Notes under the pieces: model-generated
The model's input: only the letters and a program-made list of their open reading frames with translations
Told to the model about the DNA's origin: nothing
Database searches by the model: none
Shown here: piece by piece, positions 27,499-37,101 of the stretch
Numbering within the stretch: the first letter of the stretch is position 1
Layout of the letters: each line of letters starts with the position of its first letter
DNA from: an uncultured Rikenellaceae bacterium
GTDB taxonomy: Bacteria > Bacteroidota > Bacteroidia > Bacteroidales > VadinHA17
DNA: 64,000 bases
NCBI GenBank assembly: GCA_963818525.1
Contig: CAWFSO010000001.1
Span: forward strand, 85,443 to 149,442
Direction of reading: 5' to 3'
Translations under genes and position numbers: made by a program

Positions 27499-29070
27499 AT
27501 GATGAAATCATCAGATGAGCTGATATTGGCTATCGATTGTGGCACACAGTCGGTCAGGGCCGTTTTGATCGACCTCCGGGGCAATGTGCTGCAGCTGTCA
27601 AAAACAGAGATCGAACCCTATTTTTCAGTGGCACCCGGGTGGGCCGAACAGCATCCTGAATATTTCAGGGACAGGATGTTTGAGACTCTGCAAAAACTGT
27701 TCAGGGAGACTGAATACAGCAAAGATCAGATAAAAGCTGTAACCCTCACCACACAGCGCTCCACTCTTATCAATCTTGACAGCGAGGGCAAATCGCTTCG
27801 GCCGGCTATCACATGGCTCGATCAGAGGCTGTGCGCTGTAGGCAAATATCCCGACCCTCTGACGCAGATGGCGCTCAGGATCGTAGGTATGAGGGAAGCG
27901 GTGATACACACAGTCAAGCAGGGCGAATGCAACTGGCTGATGCAAAACACTCCTGAGATATGGGAGAAAACCAACAAATTCCTGCTGCTCTCAGGGTACC
28001 TCAGCTGGGCACTGACAGGTGAATATACGGACTCGATCGGATGTACCGTTGCTTACCTGCCTTTCGATTACAGGAAGCAGCAGTGGACTGACAGGAGCCA
28101 CATGAACTATAAGATGTTCCCTGTTGAGAGGGAGAAGCTTCCGGAGATTGTCAGGCCATCTGAAGTACTTGGGTACATTAGCAGGGAAGCATCTGAGAAA
28201 TCAGGCATCCCTGAAGGGCTGCCGCTTGTTGCTGCCGCAGCCGACAAGGCCTGCGAGGTGCTTGGCTCGGGGGTCATCACCCCTGATGTGGCATGCCTCA
28301 GCTACGGCACCACGGCCACGGTGCAGACGACGCATAAGAAATACCATGAGGTGGTTCCCTTCTTTCCCTCTTATCCCAGTGCCGTCCCTGACTGTTATAA
28401 CACTGAGGTACAGATTTACAGGGGTTACTGGATGATCAGCTGGTTCAAGAAGGAGTTCGGCCTGAAGGAGATCCAGCTGGCAGAGCAGACGGGAACTCAT
28501 CCGGAGGCCTATTTTGACGCCCTGGTGGATGAGGTGCCGGCGGGATCGATGGGCCTCACGCTTCAACCCTACTGGTCGCCCGGACTGAAGGTTCCCGGCA
28601 CGGAAGCCAAGGGGGCCATCATAGGGTTTGGTGACGTGCATACAAGGGCACATGTGTACAGGGCCATCCTTGAAGGGCTGAGCTATTCGCTGAAGGAGGG
28701 ACTGCTCAGGACGGTCAGAAGGACCAGGGTGCCGGTAAAGAGGGTTGTTGTCTCCGGCGGCGGGTCGCAGAGCAGGCAGGCCATGCAGCTGACTGCTGAT
28801 ATTTTCAATATGGAGACCTTCAGGCCCCATACCTATGAGACCTCCTCGCTTGGAGCAGCCATTAACGCGGCAGTGGGGATGAAGTATTTTGACGGGTTTG
28901 AAGCAGCAGTTGGTTCGATGACACGACGCGGGGAGGAGTTCTCGCCTGAACCCGGGAATGTTGAGATCTATGCACGGCTGTATGATAAGGTCTATTCAAA
29001 AATGTACAGGCACCTTCAGCCGTTGTACGAGCAGATAAGGAACATCACCGGCTATCCTCAGAAGGTGTAA
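27499..29070 (+). CDS. FGGY-family carbohydrate kinase
   Basis: LAIDCGTQSVRA, GWAEQ, TTQRST, ITWLDQR, RAILEG, VSGGGSQS. Confidence 0.92.
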   Translation: MMKSSDELILAIDCGTQSVRAVLIDLRGNVLQLSKTEIEPYFSVAPGWAEQHPEYFRDRMFETLQKLFRETEYSKDQIKAVTLTTQRSTLINLDSEGKSLRPAITWLDQRLCAVGKYPDPLTQMALRIVGMREAVIHTVKQGECNWLMQNTPEIWEKTNKFLLLSGYLSWALTGEYTDSIGCTVAYLPFDYRKQQWTDRSHMNYKMFPVEREKLPEIVRPSEVLGYISREASEKSGIPEGLPLVAAAADKACEVLGSGVITPDVACLSYGTTATVQTTHKKYHEVVPFFPSYPSAVPDCYNTEVQIYRGYWMISWFKKEFGLKEIQLAEQTGTHPEAYFDALVDEVPAGSMGLTLQPYWSPGLKVPGTEAKGAIIGFGDVHTRAHVYRAILEGLSYSLKEGLLRTVRRTRVPVKRVVVSGGGSQSRQAMQLTADIFNMETFRPHTYETSSLGAAINAAVGMKYFDGFEAAVGSMTRRGEEFSPEPGNVEIYARLYDKVYSKMYRHLQPLYEQIRNITGYPQKV

Positions 29071-29184
29071 GTTTTCCGTTTGATTGGCTTATGAGGTATC
29101 TGGAAGTTTGGCTTGTGATGCATACTGCAGGTTAGCTCATTAATTATCTGATAGTCAGGTTTGTGAGGCTTACGGCGGTCTGGC

Positions 29185-29943
29185 TCAGACAATCCTGATT
29201 TCTATCCGTCCGCCTATGCCCAGCCTCTCTCCGGCGATAATGACCACTGATATTATCTGAGGCTCACAGAGCGCCTTTTCGGTCACCTCAAGGACCATCT
29301 CCGCATTTTTTACTTCGTTGCACCAGGCAGTGGCATAAGCGTCAGCCAGTGCTCCCGACGGGCAGGCGATCATGCATGCGTCGGCCATCCCGAAACTCAG
29401 CGAATGGCCCACGGTGCCTGACGAGCAGCAGAGACCCAGCGGCGTATCTTCAGGCTTTACCTGCAGAGCGATCTTCTCTGACAGGGGAGAGTCTCCGGCA
29501 TGAACGGAGACAGCCACGGGGACCGTGAGCTTCATGAAGATGTCGCCGCCGTTTTCAACTATCACTTCGTCGGCCTCATATTCTGCCAGAAGGTCCCTGC
29601 AGACACTTTCTGCCACAGCTCCGGCCACGGCGCTCATCGGACCGGTTCCTGCTGCCAGCGCTGCCTCGCTCATGTTTTTAATGAGGGAATGCACACCGCC
29701 GGGGGCGACGACAGGCGTCAGTGAGTCCCTGAACTCCGGATTGGATGCTATATGCCTCTCAAGGATACCACGGTAAAAGAGGATCCGGTCCATGGTGAAC
29801 CGTTCCGCAGCTTTCCTGTAATGATTACTGTCGATGGCCACCCACAGGTCCGTCTCCCGGAATGCCGACCTGAAGCTTGTCCACCGCTTGTTGCCCATCG
29901 CCTCGCGGTAGAGCCGGGGCTGATATGCGGGACTCTTAGCCAA
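29185..29943 (-). CDS. UPF0280 / ApbE-like protein (MA1715-type)
   Basis: YQPRLYR, RETDLW, GPMSAVAGAVAE, VENGGDIF, SSGTVGHSLSFG.ADA, ADAYAT; probable TTG start at 29943 overlapping the ferredoxin stop. Confidence 0.85.
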   Translation of the reverse strand: MAKSPAYQPRLYREAMGNKRWTSFRSAFRETDLWVAIDSNHYRKAAERFTMDRILFYRGILERHIASNPEFRDSLTPVVAPGGVHSLIKNMSEAALAAGTGPMSAVAGAVAESVCRDLLAEYEADEVIVENGGDIFMKLTVPVAVSVHAGDSPLSEKIALQVKPEDTPLGLCCSSGTVGHSLSFGMADACMIACPSGALADAYATAWCNEVKNAEMVLEVTEKALCEPQIISVVIIAGERLGIGGRIEIRIV

Positions 29944-30346
29944 GGTCGATGGAGAAGAGCTTAAGAGGACAGGCGGTGAGGCAGAGCTCGCATACCACGC
30001 ACTTCTCAGGCTCAAATGAGAGCTCGGCCGTCTTACGGTTCATTGTCAGCGCCCCGGCGAAACAGACGGCCGAGCATGCGCCGCAGTGGATACAGAGATC
30101 TTCCAGGTAGGTGATCTTCTTGTCAATGGGTACGCACTCCACGTTGCGCTGCCTCATGTATTCCATCCCCTCCTTCAGCACCTTTGCCGGAGCTGTCATC
30201 TCCATTACGAGGTGCCCAACATGGCCGGGTGTGACATCGGCTTTCACGATGTTCACCATGATGTTATACTTCCTGATAAGATTATATGTTATGGGCTCAC
30301 CCGTAGCCTCTGGCGGGAAGGTCAGCACAAATCTCCTGCTTTTCAT
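29936..30346 (-). CDS. NIL-domain + 2x[4Fe-4S] ferredoxin (MA1822-like)
   Basis: N-terminal NIL (LTFP...EPITYNLIRKYNIMVNIVKA); CIHCGACSAVC and CVVCELCLTACP. Confidence 0.9.
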   Translation of the reverse strand: MKSRRFVLTFPPEATGEPITYNLIRKYNIMVNIVKADVTPGHVGHLVMEMTAPAKVLKEGMEYMRQRNVECVPIDKKITYLEDLCIHCGACSAVCFAGALTMNRKTAELSFEPEKCVVCELCLTACPLKLFSIDLG

Positions 30347-30365
30347 CTGTTCCTGTTTTTGATAG

Positions 30366-31517
30366 TTAAAGTTTGATTTCCAGGCTGTTCAGCCCGGAAG
30401 TCTTCTTAAAGTGTTCAACGGGCTCTGTGAGAAGGAACCGTCCTGCGACAATCTCTTCCCTGAGTTTTCCCGCTATCTCACGGGCCACCTTGACACTTGA
30501 GAGCGGCGCAGTGCGGATCTTCCTGCCGTTGAGCGTTATCTCCCCCGAAAAGAGAGATTTATAGTCTATGCGTCCAAGGATGTCGTGATCCGGTGATCCG
30601 TAGTCCATGATACTGGTCTCTATCTGGCTGTTGCGGATCATGACCCTGCGGGCCATATCCTCATCAAGCAGGGGAATGGGAATACCCACCCCGACGAACA
30701 TGGAGACCCCGTATTTTTCAAAGTAGGCGGCACGGATGAACCGCGTGCTCATCTCTGCCGCGTTGCCTATCAGCGCCAGCGTGGCCGAATTGCCAACCGG
30801 GACGCCGTATTTGTTTACCGGCTTGCCGGTGTTGAACTGTGTGCCGTGCCATGCAACGTAGCCGGTGGTGCCCCCGAAGAAGATGCGTGTCCCAACACCG
30901 ATGGTGCGCATCTCCGGGTCATTCAGAAGGGGGCTCAGCTCTCCCGAGGTTGAGAAGTTGGCGTTGCCAAAGGCCGGGAGGAGGGTTCCCATGTAGGTGT
31001 ACTTGATTTTAGCCGTGCTGTTCACCGCCACATTGTAGTTCTGGTAGGCATTGCGCGGGTTGAACATGATCATCTCATTGACGGTCTCCTTGCTGATGTA
31101 TGTCTTTACCTCGGTCCGCGGGTAGCAGTCGGTGCCCTTGGCTGTGGCCTGCAGGAGCACCTCTTTACCGGCTATCAGCTCTTCGATGACATGAGCACCG
31201 CCATACTCGTCATGTGGCAGCGCCGTCTCGGTGGCCCCCAGGTAAGCATCGACGGCAGCGATGCCAGCGTATGCCGGTACGTTGTTGAGGGTGATCCTCT
31301 CCATTCGCATAGGAGGGTTGGTGTGGCCGAAGTTGATAAACATACCAGACGAGCACATTGGCCCGAAAGTTCCGGTGGTTACGACATCAACCCTGCTCAT
31401 CACCTCGGCAGGAGTTCTCTCTCTCCCCATGGCCGACACCTGCTCCGCGGTGAGCACCACAGCCTTGCCGCTGCGTATCTTCTCATTGATCTCCTCAATC
31501 GTCCTTTTCTTCGGCAT
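30366..31517 (-). CDS. DUF39 homocysteine biosynthesis protein (L-aspartate semialdehyde sulfurtransferase, MA1821-like, no CBS domains)
   Basis: RTIEEINEKIRSGKAVVLTAE, VDVVTTGTFGPMCSSG, YGGAHVIEEL, TDCYPR, NPRNAYQNY, LSPLLNDP, GIPIP, TAPLSS. Confidence 0.92.
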   Translation of the reverse strand: MPKKRTIEEINEKIRSGKAVVLTAEQVSAMGRERTPAEVMSRVDVVTTGTFGPMCSSGMFINFGHTNPPMRMERITLNNVPAYAGIAAVDAYLGATETALPHDEYGGAHVIEELIAGKEVLLQATAKGTDCYPRTEVKTYISKETVNEMIMFNPRNAYQNYNVAVNSTAKIKYTYMGTLLPAFGNANFSTSGELSPLLNDPEMRTIGVGTRIFFGGTTGYVAWHGTQFNTGKPVNKYGVPVGNSATLALIGNAAEMSTRFIRAAYFEKYGVSMFVGVGIPIPLLDEDMARRVMIRNSQIETSIMDYGSPDHDILGRIDYKSLFSGEITLNGRKIRTAPLSSVKVAREIAGKLREEIVAGRFLLTEPVEHFKKTSGLNSLEIKL

Positions 31518-31568
31518 AATATATTTTTTCAAGTAACTTTAACCGTTTTAAAAATAAACTTCAAAGAT

Positions 31569-32417
31569 ATGCGCAGAACAGTTATCACCGCCGCTGTTTT
31601 ATCAATTCTTTTCTTTTCCTGTGTACCGAAGGATGATCCTGCCATTGATGTTATGACCTTTAACATCAGGTATGATAATCCGGGTGACAGCGTCAACGCA
31701 TGGCCTCACCGTGCTGCCATGGTGGCAGGGTTTGTAAATGATCAGATCCCTGATCTTCTTGGCATGCAGGAGGTTCTGTGGCACCAGTACGAATATCTTG
31801 ACTCTGCGCTGGCAGGATACGGCTCTGTGGCTGCGGGGCGCGATGACGGAATCAGGGGAGGGGAGGCATGCCCGGTCTTCTACCGCCTGGGGAGGTTTGA
31901 TGCCCTGGCCAGCGGCACCTTCTGGCTCTCGGCGACACCGGATGTTCCCGGGTCTGTTGGCTGGGGCGCAGCGCTGACACGAATAGCCACATGGACGAGG
32001 CTCTACGATAAGACTGTTAAGGATACACTTTTTTATATAAATACTCACTTTGACCACATAAGCGACTCCGCACGGGTGATGAGCTCCGGCGTGCTGCTTG
32101 GGAAGGTCAGGGAGCTGGCCGGGGATAATGATTTTATTGTCACGGGCGACTTCAACGCGAGGCCTGAAAGCCTGGCAATAGAGAGAATGACTGAAGACGG
32201 GTTTGCGATCGATTCCTATACTGTTTCAGAAACGCCGCCTGCAGGTGAGAGCTACACGTTCAACGGCTGGAAGGATGAACCGGGTGAGGGGCGCATAGAT
32301 TATATCTTCATACGGAACGGGATGAAGGTGGCGTCACACAGGACGCACCGCGTGATTGAAGACGGCGTTTTCATATCGGATCACTGGCCGGTGACGGCCA
32401 GGATAATGATGCCCTGA
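31569..32417 (+). CDS. EEP family phosphatase/nuclease lipoprotein
   Basis: Lipobox FSC, MTFNIRYD, GMQE, GRDDG, GTFWLS, NTHFDH, GDFN, RIDYIF, SDHWPV; true start 31569, not 31191. Confidence 0.9.
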   Translation: MRRTVITAAVLSILFFSCVPKDDPAIDVMTFNIRYDNPGDSVNAWPHRAAMVAGFVNDQIPDLLGMQEVLWHQYEYLDSALAGYGSVAAGRDDGIRGGEACPVFYRLGRFDALASGTFWLSATPDVPGSVGWGAALTRIATWTRLYDKTVKDTLFYINTHFDHISDSARVMSSGVLLGKVRELAGDNDFIVTGDFNARPESLAIERMTEDGFAIDSYTVSETPPAGESYTFNGWKDEPGEGRIDYIFIRNGMKVASHRTHRVIEDGVFISDHWPVTARIMMP

Positions 32418-32555
32418 TATCACTTACCCTGTAGGGGTTTCAGTGCTGTAGCAGGTGTTGATGCCCTGATATCACTTACCCCGCAGGGGTTTCAGTGCTG
32501 TAGCAGGTGTTGATGCTCTGATATCACTTACCCCGTAGGGGTTATGGTACTGTAG
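32407..32555. repeat. Three 52 bp tandem repeats with REP-like palindromes between convergent genes
   Basis: Units start at 32407, 32459 and 32511 (tgatgccctgatatcacttaccc[t/c]g[t/c]aggggtt...); internal ACCCC-GTA-GGGGT hairpin and TGATATCA palindrome. Confidence 0.9.
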
Positions 32556-32557
32556 GG

Positions 32558-34720
32558 TCAGCGGACCATAATTTCTCCCTCAAGCCGGATGTCGGCAGAG
32601 GAGGCTCCGACGTGCAGGTTCACCTTTCCCTTTTCAAGAACAAAAGCATGTTTGTCAACATCCCAGTAAGCCAGTTCTTCTGCATTCAGAGGTATGGTGA
32701 CCGTTTGCTCCTCACCCTTTTTCAGATGAACCCTGCGGAATCCCTTCAGCGCCAGTGCCGGCCTGTCGACCTTTGATTCCGGGAAGCTGACATAGAGCTG
32801 CACCACCTCATCACTGTCATAGTTGCCGGTGTTTTTGAGGAGCAGGGTGACATTGAGGGTATCGCCCTGTCGCATCGTCTTCATGTCTGTTTTGAGGGCC
32901 GAATAGTCAAACGAAGTATATGTCAGGCCATGACCAAACGGAAAGAGCGGCGTTGCCTTGCTGTACATGTATGTACTTCCTTTCCGTATGTCATACTCCA
33001 GTATCGGAAGCAGCTGGTCGATTGACGAAGGCCAGGTCTGTACCAGGCGGCCTGCAGGACTGACCTCTCCGAAGATCACGTCTGCCAGTCCGTTACCCAG
33101 CTCCTGGCTCGACTGTGAGATATGCACGATGGCGGGGATCTTTTCCTTCGACCAGTTGATTGTGTACGGGAAGCTTGAGACAATCACAAGTACGGTGTTG
33201 GGGTTGGCTGCATAGACAAGTTTTACCAGGTCCTCCTGTTCCAGTGAGAGTGCCTGCCTGTCGACATCCTCGCGGCCGTCGCTGGCCACATGGTTCTGAC
33301 CCCACTCCAGCCCATAGCTGAGAGGGTGGTTTCCCACGCATACGATCGCTACATCGGCTTCACGGGCAGCAGTAACGGCGGAGTCAGCCTTGTTGGAGGC
33401 CGCAAAGAGGATTTTCGTGTCGCTGCTGACAGCTTTCTTTATACCCTGCAGGGCCGAGACCCGGTATGGCGGTGTGCCGGAATACCAGTCTGAGACCACG
33501 AGGTTTGCACTGGGGCCGATCACCGCAATGGTTTTAAGCTTCTCCTTCTGCAGTGGCAGGGTCTGATTGTCATTCTTCAGAAGCACCACTGACTTTGATG
33601 TGGAGAGCCGGGCCAGGGCAATGGTTTCATCCCTTTTCCACGGTGGAAGAGTGTCGGTGATACCAATATTCTGATAAGGGTTTTCAGTGTTGTCAGGGCT
33701 GTCGAGCAAGCCCAGCTTCAGGAGGACCCGCAGTGTTCCCCTGATGGCACGGTCGATGTCAGCTTCACTTATGAGACCTTCCCTGACCGCTTCAGCAACC
33801 GGGTCCCTGTAGTTGTCGAGGAACATCGTCGTTCCTGCGTCAAGACACCCCTTTGCCGCTGTCTTCAGATCCGGATAATACCTGTGATGCGTCAGCAGCT
33901 GGCGATAGGCTCCGCCGTCGGTGGCGATGATGCCGTTCTGTCCCCATTCATTGACAGTCACATCCTTAAGAACGGGGTGGACGGTGCAGGGGATGCCGTT
34001 ATACCTGTTGTATGCCGTCATGTAGGCTCTTGATCCGCCCTCGGTGACACCCCTGAAAAAGGGGTACGAGTAGTATTCGCGGAAAAGACGGTCATCAAAG
34101 TCGGATGAGTTTATGGCACGGTTGTTTTCATTGCTGTTGGCCAGAAAATGCTTCATGAGGGAAGCCGTTTTCCAGTATTTCGGATGGTCGCCCTGCAGTC
34201 CCTTGACGAAGGCGACGGTCAGACGTGATGTGAGGAAAGCATCCTCGCCGTAGCACTCTTCAGTTCGGCCCCATCGCACATCACGGCCCAGGTCAGCATT
34301 CGGGGCAAGCACTATCAGTCCAGCGCTGGCATATGCCGGGTTCTGGGTCAGCCATCGGGTCTCTTCCGCTTCAAGGGCCGCCACCCTCAGGAGCAGCTCC
34401 GGATCCCACATCTGCGCAAGACCGATGGCCTGGGGGAAGGTGGTGGTGACTGATGAACCCTTGCCCCGTACCGCCCAGTCAGCCACACCGCTCAGGGCAA
34501 GGCCGTGCAGACCTTCGACAATCCTGGTGCCTTTTATTCCCAGGCGCGGTACCGATGGCCTTGTGGAGAGACAGTTGATCTTCTCTTCGAGGGTCATCAG
34601 GGAGATGAGGTTGTCAAGACGCTTTTCATCATCGAGACCGGTCTCCTGAAATGGGTATGTCTGTGCCCGGAGCGGAGCAGCAGACAGGCATAAGATTAAC
34701 AGTAATCCAAGATGCTTCAT
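32558..34720 (-). CDS. Glycoside hydrolase family 3 (beta-glucosidase/xylosidase), secreted
   Basis: Signal peptide, EGLHG, TTFPQAIG, WGRTEECYGED, MKHFLAN, ATDGG nucleophile, VLLKND, PFGHGLTY, Fn3-like C-terminus. Confidence 0.93.
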   Translation of the reverse strand: MKHLGLLLILCLSAAPLRAQTYPFQETGLDDEKRLDNLISLMTLEEKINCLSTRPSVPRLGIKGTRIVEGLHGLALSGVADWAVRGKGSSVTTTFPQAIGLAQMWDPELLLRVAALEAEETRWLTQNPAYASAGLIVLAPNADLGRDVRWGRTEECYGEDAFLTSRLTVAFVKGLQGDHPKYWKTASLMKHFLANSNENNRAINSSDFDDRLFREYYSYPFFRGVTEGGSRAYMTAYNRYNGIPCTVHPVLKDVTVNEWGQNGIIATDGGAYRQLLTHHRYYPDLKTAAKGCLDAGTTMFLDNYRDPVAEAVREGLISEADIDRAIRGTLRVLLKLGLLDSPDNTENPYQNIGITDTLPPWKRDETIALARLSTSKSVVLLKNDNQTLPLQKEKLKTIAVIGPSANLVVSDWYSGTPPYRVSALQGIKKAVSSDTKILFAASNKADSAVTAAREADVAIVCVGNHPLSYGLEWGQNHVASDGREDVDRQALSLEQEDLVKLVYAANPNTVLVIVSSFPYTINWSKEKIPAIVHISQSSQELGNGLADVIFGEVSPAGRLVQTWPSSIDQLLPILEYDIRKGSTYMYSKATPLFPFGHGLTYTSFDYSALKTDMKTMRQGDTLNVTLLLKNTGNYDSDEVVQLYVSFPESKVDRPALALKGFRRVHLKKGEEQTVTIPLNAEELAYWDVDKHAFVLEKGKVNLHVGASSADIRLEGEIMVR

Positions 34721-34870
34721 GTTGGCTGAGTTTGACTGCTAAATTAGGATTTAATAAGCTGAAACCGCCATAAACCATCACGGATTTCAATTCTGGCACC
34801 TGTGCATTCCCTGAGGAAACAAGCCGGACAAATTCCCGTGAATATTTTCGCGGATTTGGCTGAATTCCAA

Positions 34871-35983
34871 TCAGGCACGTTTGCGGTATGCCCGTATTGC
34901 CAGGGTAATGAAGGTTATGGCGAGCAGTGAAAGTGCACCCATGTCACGTGCAATATCCTGAAATCCTGATCCTTTCAGCATAACCATGCGGTTTATGCGC
35001 ATCAGGTAAGCCACCGGGTTCACCAGGTTGAACTGCTGTGCCCATCGGGGCATGCTCTCGGAGGGGGTGAAGATGCCGCTCATAAGGATGAAGATCATCA
35101 CGAAGAAGAAGGCCACAAAGAGGAACTGCTGCTGGGTGGAGGCCATGGTTGAGAAAAAGAGCGCAAGTCCCAGCACTGCCACCAGGAATATCGCCGCGCA
35201 GGCAAAGAAAAGAAGGAGGCTCCCCTCAAAGGGGATGTCAAAGGCGACCCATCCCACTGAGAGTCCCAGTGCCAGGTCGAAGAGGCCTATCAGGAAGAAG
35301 GGGATGACCTTGGAGGCTATCAGCTCCCATTTCCTCACCGGTGTGACGTTTATCTGTTCGATGGTGCCGATCTCCTTCTCGCGGACGAGGTTTAGCCCGG
35401 CCATGAGCAGACCTATGGCCGTCACCAGTATTACCAGTATGCCGGGCAGCATATAGTATTTGTAATTAAGATCAGGATTATACCAGAACCGGGGCGAGAC
35501 GCTGATGCCTGGTATTGCCGACGGCGCCATTCCTGTACTGATCAATACATCGCGGTTGTAATCGCGTACCACGGATGAGAGGTAATTCCACCCCAGCTGT
35601 GCCGAGGTAGCGTTGACAGCGTCTGCAAGCACCTGCACCCGGGGCCTCTCTCTGCCGGCCATAGCTTCAGCGAAACCGTCAGGGATGATCAGCACCATGT
35701 CGGCATCACCGGAGAGCAGCAGCTCATCAGCATGGAGCTGACCGGCAGGGGCTGTACTGATTTTGAAGAACGATGAACCGCTCAGCTTTGAGATAAGCTC
35801 GCGCGATGCAGGTGACCGGTCGTAATCGGTCACGGCAAGGTCTATGCGTTTGACTTCGAATGTGATTGCCGGCACCAGGATCAGCATCTGTATCAGCGGC
35901 ACTGCTATTATGGCCCTGGCCATGAACGGGTTGCGGCGTATCTGCCGGAACTCTTTTTTCAGCAGGAAGAGTAACTTTTTCAT
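34871..35983 (-). CDS. ABC-2 transporter permease (YbhR-like)
   Basis: KEFRQIRRN, WYNPDL, VREKEIGTIEQINVTP, LMSGIFTP; ATGA-coupled start at 35983. Confidence 0.9.
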   Translation of the reverse strand: MKKLLFLLKKEFRQIRRNPFMARAIIAVPLIQMLILVPAITFEVKRIDLAVTDYDRSPASRELISKLSGSSFFKISTAPAGQLHADELLLSGDADMVLIIPDGFAEAMAGRERPRVQVLADAVNATSAQLGWNYLSSVVRDYNRDVLISTGMAPSAIPGISVSPRFWYNPDLNYKYYMLPGILVILVTAIGLLMAGLNLVREKEIGTIEQINVTPVRKWELIASKVIPFFLIGLFDLALGLSVGWVAFDIPFEGSLLLFFACAAIFLVAVLGLALFFSTMASTQQQFLFVAFFFVMIFILMSGIFTPSESMPRWAQQFNLVNPVAYLMRINRMVMLKGSGFQDIARDMGALSLLAITFITLAIRAYRKRA

Positions 35984-37101
35984 TTGTCGCCCTCCCCAAG
36001 TCTGACTTTGAACCGCCTGGCGCTGAGTGCCATGAAGAAGAGCGTCATTAACACCAGGATGAGCGTCTCTTTCCATATAAAACCAAAACCGGCACCCTTT
36101 ATCATGATCGACCTTATAATCTCCACGAACCAGCGCGGAGGTAAAATCATGCTAACATAATCATAGATCTTCGGCATGTTTTCAATGGGGAAAATAAATC
36201 CCGACAGCAAAAGGCTCGGCAGCATCAGTGCCAGGAATGAAATGAAAATGGCGTTTTCCATTTTCTGCACCGAGGATGAGACGAAGATGCCGATGGAGAG
36301 TCCCAGGAGTATGTAAAGCATTGTCTCGGCTATCAGCAGGGTGATGCTCCCCCTGACCGGTAGTCCGAAGACGAACCAGGCCATGAGCAGGATGACAATG
36401 ACATTCACCAGGGAGAGGAAGAAATATGGAGCCACCTTGCCGATGATGATCTGCCATGGTTTCAGGGGCGATACCAGCAGCACCTCCATGGTGCCGAACT
36501 CCTTCTCACGCACAATGGTAACCGAGGTCATCAGTGCCGTAATGAGTATCAGGATGAGGGTAATAACACCCGGCACGAACATAAAATGACTCTCCAGGTT
36601 GGGGTTGAAATACATCCGCACCTCCGGGTTGATGACGGGCATTGATGAGGCCATCTGCCGTGTCAGCCCTGAAGAGTAGTCGTTGATGATTGCTGTTGTA
36701 TAAGCGGTCACCAGGCTGGCGGTATTCGGCTCCGAACCATCGGCGATGATGCTGACGGTGGCATTGCCTTCACGGGTAAGTGAGGCGCCCATATCGGCCG
36801 GAAATATTATGACAGCCTTGATCTTTCCCTTTTTGAATGCAGGGTCTATCTCGTCAAATGACTGCAGGTTGTATTTGATCTCAAAGAATTCCGATGCCTC
36901 AAGCTTTAGTGTAAGCTCAGCCGAGACCTCATCCCTGGCATTGTCAAGAACCGCTATGCCGGCATTGGTAAGGTCGGTACGGACGGCATAGCCGAAGATG
37001 AGTATCTGTGTTGCGGGTATGCCGAACAGGATTATCAGCGTCCGGTAATCGCGGAAGATGTGGAGGAACTCTTTCCTTACAAAGGCCATGAACCGTTTCA
37101 T
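35980..37101 (-). CDS. ABC-2 transporter permease (YbhS-like)
   Basis: KEFLHIFRD, FNPNL, VREKEFGTMEVLLVSP, LLSGFIFPIENMP. Confidence 0.92.
   Translation of the reverse strand: MKRFMAFVRKEFLHIFRDYRTLIILFGIPATQILIFGYAVRTDLTNAGIAVLDNARDEVSAELTLKLEASEFFEIKYNLQSFDEIDPAFKKGKIKAVIIFPADMGASLTREGNATVSIIADGSEPNTASLVTAYTTAIINDYSSGLTRQMASSMPVINPEVRMYFNPNLESHFMFVPGVITLILILITALMTSVTIVREKEFGTMEVLLVSPLKPWQIIIGKVAPYFFLSLVNVIVILLMAWFVFGLPVRGSITLLIAETMLYILLGLSIGIFVSSSVQKMENAIFISFLALMLPSLLLSGFIFPIENMPKIYDYVSMILPPRWFVEIIRSIMIKGAGFGFIWKETLILVLMTLFFMALSARRFKVRLGEGDK

Noticed and set aside
29071-29184. Weak ~25-bp periodicity (tggctt.tga) between the convergent FGGY and UPF0280 genes
   Set aside because: Too degenerate to define units confidently by eye.
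32407-32555. 52-bp repeats as CRISPR or a MITE
   Set aside because: Whole units repeat, so there are no spacers; no terminal inverted repeats or target duplication.
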